NCBI RefSeq assembly: GCF_009914755.1
Contig: NC_060933.1
Source: the human T2T-CHM13v2.0 reference genome, Homo sapiens
Direction: 5' to 3' (one strand)
DNA: 64,000 nucleotides
Shown here: positions 1-64,000 of the stretch, one piece after another
How the letters are laid out: every line of letters starts with the position of its first letter
Position numbering within the stretch: position 1 is the first letter of the stretch
The notes under the pieces: generated by a model
Databases searched by the model: none
What the model was told of the DNA's origin: nothing
What the model saw: only the letters and a program-made list of their open reading frames with translations
Made by a program: the position numbers and the translations under genes

Positions 1-479
1 ACATGAAGGGAAAGTGCGAGGGTGATAACTAGGGACTGACAGGGTGGGTATGGGAGGGTGCTTATTATAAACAACACTAAATAGGAAGACTTGTCAGTGC
101 CAGTCACTGAGGGGTGGGGGGCACAGCTGTGAGGTGGTCAGGATGAGGGCGGGCCACCTAGGATCCTCCCAGATAATAACACAGGCAGCCTTTTATCCTT
201 TGACCACTCTAGCTGGATTTCAGAATTGTCTGCTTGGACTTTTTAAAATTGTAAAATACATAATATACACAAAAGCTATGCATATCTACTGCTTAAAGAA
301 TAACAATAAAACAGAAATAGAACATTTCTATTTCTAGACAATCTTAATCTATTGGTTGAAAATTTGAGCAGGATGATAATGCGTGCAAGCATGACTTAAA
401 AAACAACCCTGGCTTTGTCTGCAGGACATATGAGAGGAGGCAATGTCTACAAGGAAAGAGACTGGAGTGGTTTTTGGCA

Positions 480-925
480 TTTGAGCATTGTGATGGCTTT
501 TTGATGCATTAACTTGGCTAGGCCAAACAACAGTTCCCAGTAATTCATCTAGGTACTGCTCTGAAGAGATTTTACCGATGGGATTCAAGTCCCTAATCAG
601 TTGACTTTAAGTCAGATCAAAAGAGAGTTCACTCCAGGTGGGCCTGGCCTAATCAGGTGAGCCTTTTAAAAGACGGCTTAGGCCTTCTCCAAAGTCAGAG
701 ACTCCAAACAGCTCATGTCTGGGGGGTTCCAGTCTGTTCCTGATAGTCTCTTCCTGACTACCTGCCCTACACGCTTCAGACTTGCTTTGCCAGCCCAATT
801 GTGTAAAATTCCTTGCAAGAAATCTCTGTATATATGCATATGTGGACACATATACAACACACACCTCTCATATATATGTATAATCACCTACTGCTTTTGC
901 TTCTGTGGTTAAACCTTGACTGATA
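480..925 (+). mobile_element. MLT2-type LTR remnant
   Basis: ctaatcagttgactttaag...gggcctggcctaatcaggtgagcc...aaccttgactgata; boundaries approximate. Confidence 0.55.
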
Positions 926-1058
926 GAAGCATTAAAACAGAACTTGAAATATATATTAAAACAGAATTTGAAATATATATTATATATATACACACACACA
1001 TATACATACACACACACACATATTCTTAAATGCATAATCCACTAAATCTAATTCACTA

Positions 1059-54357
<53,299 letters not shown>

Positions 54358-54435
54358 CTAGCTACGTTCCCCGCAGGCTGTGCCTCACTAGCTTTAAAGC
54401 CGGGTAGCAGGAGGGCGTGGCGAGCGGGGAAAGCA

Positions 54436-54445
54436 GGGATTTTCC
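54436..54445 (+). promoter_or_regulatory. NF-kB consensus site GGGATTTTCC
   Basis: Exact fit to GGGRNNYYCC. Confidence 0.5.
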
Positions 54446-54499
54446 GAGGAAATGAGGCCGGACGCGAGGCGGAGCTGCATAGGAACTTTAATAACTAAA

Positions 54500-54514
54500 G
54501 GGAAAATCGAAAGT
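54500..54514 (+). promoter_or_regulatory. IRF-binding element (GGGAAAATCGAAAGT)
   Basis: Matches IRF-E AANNGAAA(G/C)(T/C) ~160 bp upstream of the ATG; RIG-I is a well-known interferon/IRF-induced gene. Confidence 0.8.
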
Positions 54515-54561
54515 GCAACTAGCGGCGGGCGGGGTTCGCGGAGGCTGTTTTGCCTCGGGCT

Positions 54562-54574
54562 AGTTTCGTTTCCC
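54562..54574 (+). promoter_or_regulatory. ISRE (AGTTTCGTTTCCC; GGGAAACGAAACT on minus strand)
   Basis: GAAA-N1-GAAACT ISRE form in the proximal promoter. Confidence 0.75.
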
Positions 54575-56261
54575 TCCGCACCGAGGAAGCCCGGGAACGG
54601 AGAGGACCCCTAGGAATTGCTTTTATTTTTATGATCTTATATTTTGTTTTGCTTTTATAGCGCTAACGTTTAGACACAGTAAAATGCACACAATCTGAGT
54701 GTGCAATTCGATGAGTTTTGTAAAGTGTACACCTGTGTACCCAGTTCTCCCACGTCGGCTGGGTGCCAGGGTAAGTCTATGTTTAGCTTTATAGGAAACC
54801 GCCACCTGTTGTCCAAAATGACTGATTACATCCAGTTTACATTCCCACCCGCAGTAGGAGAGCTCCAGTAGATAGACACATTGGTCAGCCTTTCTTTTTT
54901 TTTTTTAATTTTAACTTCCATCTTGGTCGGTGTGAAATGGTATATTATTGTGGTTTTAATTTTAATTTCCCATATAATTAATGGTGGGCACATTCGCATG
55001 TGCTTACTGGGTCATTCATATATCTTTTGTGAAGCATCTGCTCCAATCTTTTGCCTGACTTTGGAGTTTTTTGGTTTATGGATTTACAGGAGTTATTTAT
55101 TCAGGATACAAAATTGTTAAATATATGTATTCGAAATATCTTCTTCCAGTCTGTGGCTTACCATTTCATTTTCTTAAAGGTGTCTTTTGAGGAGCAGACA
55201 CTTATATTGATGCAATTTTCAGGTTTTTCTTCTGTTTGTTGTTTTTTGTGTCCTCTTTAATAAATCTTTGCCTACCCCAAGGTCATGAAAATATTGTTTC
55301 CTTTTAGATTTATATTTTTAGCCTTTACTTCTGGGTCTATTACTATCTCAAAATAATTTTGTTGTGGCGTGAGATGGGGGGTCCAGGTTCACTTTTTCCA
55401 TATTTCTAATTGTTTCAGCACCGTTTGTTGAAAACTTTTCCTTTTGGCATTGGATAGCCTTGGGACCTTTGTAAAAAAACCAAGTCCATTGAATGTATGT
55501 GTGTCTATTTCTGACTCTTGTTATATTCTACTTCCTACTACTTTGACAATACCATTGTCTCTAGGTTACTTTAGATTTCAACTAAGTCTCAAAATCAAGT
55601 ACTACTAAGTTCTCCAAATTTGTTTTTCACTGTGAAGATATTAGCTATTTGAGATTCTTTGCATTCCTTTTTTTTTTTTTTTTTAAATTTCTTTTTTGAG
55701 ACAAGGTCTCACTCTGTCTCCCAGGCTGGAGTGCAGTGGTGCAAACAGGGGTCACTGCAACCTTGAATCCCTGTGCATTTCCATATGAAATAAGAATCAA
55801 CTTGTCAATTACCCCTTCCTTCCCCCAAAAAAAGTTTATGGGGATTTTGATCAAGATTGCATTGAACCTACAGATAAACTTGGGGAGAAGTGACATCTTA
55901 ACAATATTGAGTCTTCTAATCCATAAGCATGGTATGCCTTTTCATTTACTTAGGTCTATAATTTCTCTCAGCAGTATTTTAGTTTTGTTTCATTTTATTT
56001 TACAGACGGAGTCTCACTATGTTGCCCAAGCTGGAGTGCAGTGGCTATTCACAGGCACAATTATAGTGTGCTACAGCCTTGAACTCTTGGGCTCAAGGGA
56101 TCCACCTGGACTCAAGCAATCCTCCTACCTCAGCCATCCAGAGTAGCTGGGACTACAGGCACGGGCCATCACACCTGGCTATTCTGAACTATTTTATGTT
56201 ATTTGATGCTACTGTCAATGGAATTGTTTTTAAGATTTCATTTTCAAATTGTCTGTTGCTA

Positions 56262-56741
<480 letters not shown>

Positions 56742-56768
56742 TTATGCCTTTTATTTCCTTTCATTATA

Positions 56769-57037
56769 GTTTTTCTTTCTGAGACAGGGTCTCACTTTTG
56801 TCAACCAGGCTGCTGCAGCCTCCACCTCCCAGGCTCAAGGATCCTTCCACTGCAGCCTCCTGAGTAGCTAGGACCACAGGTGCACACCACTACACCCAGC
56901 TAATTTTTGTATTTTTTTGTAGAGATGGGGTTTCGCCCTGATGCCCAGGCTGGTCTCAAACTCCTGAACTCAAGCGATCGCCCATCTCGGCCTCTCAAAG
57001 TGCTGGGATTACAGACATGAGCCACCATGCCCAGCCA
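56769..57037 (-). mobile_element. AluJ
   Basis: Antisense Alu with small deletion. Confidence 0.85.
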
Positions 57038-57820
57038 GTTTTACTTCTTTCTTTCCGGTCTTCATGCTTTTTGCCTCCTTTCTTTATTATGGTACCTCCT
57101 AGAGCCTCCTATAGAAAATAGAATAAAAGTGGTGACAGTTGACACCATTACTTTATTGCTAATTTCAGTGGGGAAATCATCAATGTAATAATAATCACTT
57201 TAAATAATATGGTAGCTGTAAATTTTTCTTAGATACCTTTTATCAGATTGATGAAGTTCTCTTTTATTCCTAGTTTGCTGAGTTTTTATAATGCATGGGT
57301 GTTGAATTTTTCAAATGTTTTTTCCTGCATTTATTGAGGTGATCATATATTCTGTTAACATACCAAATTTCACTGATCAATTTTTGAACGTTCACCCAAC
57401 CTACCATTCCTGGGATAAATCTCATTTGGTTTTAGATACAAAGGATGCTATATCATGACCAAATGAGTATTTTCATAAATACTTTTGTGTCTGTGTTCAT
57501 GAGGAATATTAGTCAATAATTTTATTTTCTTGTAATGTGTTTATCAGGTTTTGATATCAGAGTTATGCTAGTCTCATAAAGCAAGAGTTTGTTTCAGATT
57601 GGTATCATTTTCCCCTTAAATGTTTAACAGAATTCACTAATAAAACCATTTGGGCTTGACATTTTCCTTGTTTGAAGATTCTTTATAATGAATTCAATTT
57701 CTCAATTAGATATAAAGCTATTCTGACTTTTAATCTTTAATCAGTTTTGATAAATTGTGCTTCTCAAGTGTTAAAATAATTGGTAGGCCATTAGACTGAT
57801 GTAGCTGTAACACCCTCATG

Positions 57821-57834
57821 AGGAAAATGAAACT
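57821..57834 (+). promoter_or_regulatory. Consensus ISRE AGGAAAATGAAACT within LTR
   Basis: Exact match to RGGAAANNGAAACT. Confidence 0.55.
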
Positions 57835-58042
57835 TAGTTTAGCCAATCACAGTTGGCTAACTGGGACATTGGTTATATTGTCATAAATTTCTCACTTGGA
57901 TAGTCCAAATAAGGCAAACACTCAAACTTTAACCAATGAAACAATTTCTTTGCTCTGTGTCCCTTCAACCCCCTCTAACAGAGCCCCAAACCATTTCTGG
58001 TTTGTAGCTGCTTAATTTATGAATCACTGCTGGAACACCTTA

Positions 58043-58349
58043 ATTTTTTTTTTTTTTTTTTTTTTGAGACAGAGTCTCACTCTGTAGCCCAAGCTGGAGT
58101 GCAGTGGCACAATCTTGGCTCACTGCAGCCTTCACCTCTAGGGCTCAAGAGATTCTCCTGCCTCGGCCCCCAAGTAGCTGGGACTAGAGGCATGCGCCAT
58201 CACACCCAGTTAATTTTTTTGTATTTTTTTAGTAGAGACTGGGTTTCACCATGTTGCCTGGGTGGTCTCGAACTCCTGAGCTCAGGCAATCCACCCACCT
58301 TGGCCTCCCAAAGTGATGGGATTACAGGTGTGAGCCACCACGCCTGGCC
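58043..58349 (-). mobile_element. Alu nested in upstream LTR
   Basis: Antisense Alu. Confidence 0.9.
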
Positions 58350-60392
58350 AGCTTGAAATTTTAATGTGGAAAAGTTTATATTTTAACACAAGGAATTTGA
58401 TCATTTCCTCTAAATTGTTAAATGTATTGGCATATGGTGTTCGTGATAGACCTTATTATCTTTTTTGCCTTTTTAAAAAATCAGTCTTGCCAGGGATTTA
58501 CCAATTGCATCTTTTCAAAGAACAAACTTTTAATTCAATAATTTTATTTTTTTAAGAGACAGGGTTTTGCTGTGTCATCCAGTAAAATGGACTCCTTGGA
58601 TACACGTTAATCAAATATAACTTTAACCTCTTTTAGCTATAACTCTTTGTATTCTTTTAGCTATAGGTCTCTCTCCATACACACATACACATATATATTT
58701 GTATACACTCTACATATTATTTTATACGTGTGTGTGTGTGTATTTAGTGGTTGCACTAAGGATTATAATATGTATCCTCAACTTAATCTATTTAGAACTA
58801 ATATTGTACCACATTAGGTAAAATATAAGATCATCACAACCATGTAATTCCACCCCATCCTTTTTGCTATCATTGTCTGAAACTGTACTTCTATATGTTA
58901 TAAAATACATACTACAATAATACAATGTTATAAACCTTGTTATAGCTTGTTGTCTTTTAAGTAAAATAAGAAAAAAATTAGTTTTTGTTTTTCCATGCTG
59001 TTTGCTATTTCTGGTGCTATTCATTGCCTCTGGTAAACACTGGTTTCCAACTAATGTTATTTCACTTCTGTCTTCTCCAATTTGTTAAGGCTTCCAGTAA
59101 CTTTTTCATTTTAGGTTTGTTTTTTTTTTTTTTTTGTAGTTCCAGGATTTCCATTGTTTCTTTTTTCTACTTCTCATGTCTCAGCTGAGAACCACTATCT
59201 GTTCATTCATTAAACCATCTTTTCCTTTAAGTTCATACACATATTTCTAATAGTGTCTTTAAAGCCCTTGTCTGTGAATTCCATCTTGGAACCTGTTTTG
59301 GTGACGGCTTTTTCTCTTGACTATGGGTTCATTCACATGTCTAGTATTTTTTTTATACTGGATGCTATAGATGTATTATAGAATCTCTGGATTCTATTAT
59401 TTTACTCTCAAGAGTATTACTTTTTGTTCTAGCATTCCACTGAATTACCGATGAATTACTTTAAACTTACAAAGGCATTGTTTACACACTGTGGTAGGTC
59501 TGTTTCAAATTTTGCCCTTCTTGCAAGGTAAGTCCTTAGTCCTGAGTCATAGTCTTCCACAGTAAGCTGTGGCCCTGCATGTTCCAGTGAAAAGTCCTAC
59601 ATGTTTCTCAGCCCATCTAAGTTGGTGGGATTCAACCTCCAAGTTCTATATTCCCTGTGGTGGTGGCTGAAATGTATCTATTGAGCCCTTTTAGCTTTCC
59701 AGCTATTGCTTACATGGGCTTTTTGGAATCTTCCCTGCACATGTACATTTCAGGGTCAGGTAAAGATTTGAGTGAAAGTTATACAAAAATTTTAGGGCTT
59801 GTTTTCTGTGTCTACTTTCTGAAATTTCTCCCTCAAAATGCAGTCACTCGGGCAGCCCCAGGGTCCATCTTCTGACACAATGTCTGTGGCTCTCTGCTTG
59901 CATTCTAGTCTCCCTATGGACCGGGGATGACCCTCAGATGAAATGCCAAAGAAACTGTTCTTATACAGTGTCATCTCCGTCTTTCAAGGGTCTAATTCCC
60001 TCCAGTTTCTGCTTTTTGATTGCCCTCCAGTGGCTTCAAGTTCTTTATACCCTTATGTTTTGCCTATGTTTATAATTATTATCTCATGCAAGCTACTCTT
60101 CCAATACCTGGATTTGGGTTTTAGCTGAGAAAAAGAAATCAGATCCAAAATTCCTTTAAAAAGGTAAAGACATGCCTCCTTCTATGCTACTAGTGGGAAA
60201 TAATGTATTCCTGAATAACAACAGATTTAGAAAACATCAACAATTACAGTATAGATTATACCTGAAAGAACTGAAGGTCCAGAAATGGAATCATTTGACA
60301 GATTCATAGGTAAAATTTGACCAAGGCCAGGAAAGAAGGGGAGTGTCACAGAAGGATAAGATCACAGAAGGATTAGGTGATATCTTATCACC

Positions 60393-60521
60393 TAATACCT
60401 AGGTGATAGGTTGATAGGTGCAGCAAACCACCATGGCACACATTTACCTATGTAACAAACCTGCACATCCTGCAGATGTACCCCAGAACTTAAAATTAAA
60501 AATTAAAAATTAAAAAAAAAA
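60393..60521 (+). mobile_element. Short 5'-truncated L1PA-type 3' end with A-rich tail
   Basis: ggtgcagcaaaccaccatggcacacatttacctatgtaacaaacctgcacatcctgc...agaacttaaaa. Confidence 0.85.
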
Positions 60522-60822
60522 TCTCAGTCTTAGACCATCTCCTCACCTGGGCATTAATTTACTCAACACATTTACAGAATATCTACTGTATGTCAGGTAC
60601 TGTGAAAAACACTAGATACATGGAGATAAGTGGAAAAGAGTCTCTGTCAAGAGCTTAGAGTCTGATTGAAGGAGGAAGAAGACACAATAAAGATGTAAAA
60701 ACACAAATAGTAACTGCCAAATGTGAAGTGACATGGAGAAAACTATTTCAGTACAGTGGTAAGGGAATACCTTTCTGAGGAGGTCACATTTCAGCTGAAT
60801 CCTGAAGAATGAGAAGGAATTA

Positions 60823-61572
<750 letters not shown>

Positions 61573-62600
61573 ATACTGCAGGGTTTTAATCAAGGAATAG
61601 CATAATCTGATTACATTTTTTAAAAACCTCTCTGGCTCCTAGCCAGAATGAGATCAGTTGGGAGGTGACTCAAGTAAGAGATGCTGAGCAGCATAGATAA
61701 GGACACTGTGGCAGAGAGTGTAAGAAGTTAATTGAGATATATTTTAGAGACAGGATTGAGTGGCTGGCAGAGGAAAGGAATGAGAAAAATCGAGGATAAA
61801 TTTCAGGTATCTGGTTTGAGCAACTGGGAGAATGGTATTACCATGACTAAAGTGGAGAATATGGCTTTAGAGCTTACCACATTCTAGTGAGGGAGACAGA
61901 CAGAAAAGTAGATGTTATATAGTAATAAGTGCTGTGAGGAGAAATAAAGTAGAAAAAGGAATAAGGAGTAATGGGGCTGCTTATATTAGATGAGTTGGTC
62001 AGATCACGTAAACAAGCTCAGGCCAATGTGCTGGAGGATGAGAAACCACATAGAGCCCAGTAACCCCAGGTGAAGGCTTAGATCAGCCGACCTACAAGCT
62101 GACTGAAGACACACAAGAATGCCAGTCAAGACAGTCTTGGCAGGCAGTATCTCTAAGAACTAATATGACGCAGATACTGGTTTTGGTAAACAGGCAGGGT
62201 TTCTGTTTGAGCCTGTGCTGATCATAACTGCCCAGCCAGTCACTCAATCCTATCTCTAAAATATATGGGTGGTAGAGAGAAATAGGTTTGAGGAGAAAAA
62301 GGTGTAAAGAAGCCATTTTGTCAAATACAATGAGCAAGAATACTACAAAAACTTGCCCTCTAATGTCGTACAGCTTATGAAGCTGATGTACACCAATCTG
62401 CACGGTTACCAGTTACTGATTTCCTTCACAATACTTAGCAGCATGCACGTACGCAGAACCGAAGAGCTGGGTTCATCCAGACTGAGATCTTGCTAGGTAA
62501 ACTGTAGGCCAACTACAGCTTGCATTCCAAATCTGGCACGTGTCTTGTTTTTGTACAGACCAAAAGCTAAAAATTGTTTTAACATTTAGAAAGTGTTGTA

Positions 62601-62730
62601 GGCCAGGCATGGTGGCTCACACCTGTAATCACAGCACTTTGGGAGGCCAAGATGGGAGGACTGCTTGAACCCAGGAGTTTGAGACCATGCTGGGCAACAA
62701 AGCAAAGCTCCACCTCAATTTGAAAAAAAG
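62601..62730 (+). mobile_element. Free left Alu monomer (FLAM-like) inside a MER58-like relic
   Basis: Single Alu arm with A tail. Confidence 0.7.
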
Positions 62731-64000
62731 TGTAGAAAAAAACAAAGATTATGTGACACAGCCTGTGTATGGCCCTAGAGGAAAAGTTTCCCAACTCCTA
62801 AAGTAGGTAAATGATGAAAGAAAGAAGGGCAAGTGAGTTGGAGGGTATTGCAAGGAGAGTGATTAAAACATTATCGGGAAAATCATAACTGGACATGAAG
62901 GAAAGCAAAGGAGAGTGACTGATAGAGTAGAATCTAAAGATGGTACTTCCCAGTCCTATATTCTAAAAATCCTATTAGATTTCCTTGGAGGCAGCCTAAC
63001 CTGCTCCACCAAAGCAACGGTTTCTAACATAATCATCACATGAAAGTAAGAGTGAGGTGCTCCCAAGAACCTAAAAATAAGATTAACCTCTCAAAAAGTC
63101 TATGTTCCATAGTGACGAGGGCACTGTATTAGATACAGGAGACACAACATAAAATTGAAGAGGCAAAGAAAGTATGTGGGACTATGGGAAACACTTCTTG
63201 GCCTCTTTTGAAAGTTTCTTTTCTGTTGCCAGCCAACTTTTCATATTATGTTCCCTAGAATTCTCACTTACGTCTGCTTCTCTTGCTCTACCTCCTCTCT
63301 GGAGTATCTCATCCTCCCACAGCCTCAGTACTACTCTGTTTCACAGCAACTCCTAAATCATTTCTCTAGCCCCAATCTTGCCTCCAAGATTCACACTCCA
63401 ATTTTCAGATGCCCACTGGAAATTTTCCTCCTGATGAGTATCTTCTATTTCATCTGTGATGGTGGGAATGTTGTATACCTTTACAACATTAAAAAAAAAA
63501 AAAGAGTGGATTAGAAACATAACCCAACTAAAAAGAATAAATAAATTAAAAATAAAGAATGTGGTAGCCACTAGCCTCATGTGGCTATTTAAATTAATTA
63601 AAACCAAATAAAATTTAAAGTTCAACTCCTAGGTTTTACCAGCCGCATTTTAAGTGCTTAATATCAACATATGGCTAGCAGCTACTATAGCACAACTCCA
63701 GGCTGCTTCGTTTCAAACAACTAATTTTCCTCCCCAGACTATTCCTATTCCTATTCCTATTTCTCGCCATGGATATTGGTATCACCATGCATCCAACTCT
63801 CATATTGAAAAAAAAAAAAAGGTCTGGTCATCCCAGACTTTTCCCTCTCCTTCACAGCCCATCTCCATTTAAATTGTACCCAAATATTGTGTTGTGTACC
63901 TCAGAAATCTCCAATCTAGCCCCTTCTCTGGATCCTTATTGTCCCTGTTCTTGTACAGGCCCTTCTGATATCTGGTTTGAGCTACTTGTCAGAGCTTTTT

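Larger units (their letters stand above)
57769..58388 (+). mobile_element. ERV1 solo LTR (MER57/MER93-like) with internal Alu, upstream of RIG-I
   Basis: Perfect 10-bp terminal IR tgttaaaata/tattttaaca, 4-bp TSD caag (57765-68, 58389-92), CCAAT boxes. Confidence 0.8.

Noticed and set aside
931-978. 24-bp tandem duplication attaaaacagaa(c/t)ttgaaatatat
   Set aside because: Ordinary slippage next to a TA/CA microsatellite.

Overview
Human-type (catarrhine primate) genomic DNA containing the 5' ~54 kb of RIGI/DDX58 (RIG-I, the cytosolic 5'-triphosphate dsRNA sensor) on the minus strand, plus ~9.5 kb upstream. Coding exons 1-14 (codons 1-671; tandem CARDs, linker, Hel1 with Walker A GCGKT and DECH, Hel2i and part of Hel2) were reconstructed by hand. 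All have GT-AG boundaries and join in one continuous frame. The remaining 3' exons lie beyond the window start. This haplotype encodes Glu at codon 580. The CpG-rich promoter carries IRF-E/ISRE, GC-box and kB-type motifs. Introns and upstream DNA are dense in repeats: ~35 Alu copies or fragments, a full-length TSD-flanked L1PA7-like element, a two-LTR ERV1 provirus, an HML-6-type LTR3 inserted into an Alu, other LTRs, and old L1M/L2/MIR/DNA-transposon relics. No prokaryotic-type system is present. The best leads, all hypotheses: (1) read-through of the weak exon-5 donor gives a 268-aa 2CARD protein with a MAVS-like hydrophobic C-terminal tail and a nearby AATAAA; (2) consensus ISREs carried by an upstream ERV LTR and an intron-1 L2; (3) a duplicated 194-bp IRF/E-box module in intron 10; (4) an Alu-bracketed exon 11-12 unit able to form a stop-free circular ORF. 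Repeat subfamily names come from recalled consensus features and need RepeatMasker/Dfam confirmation.
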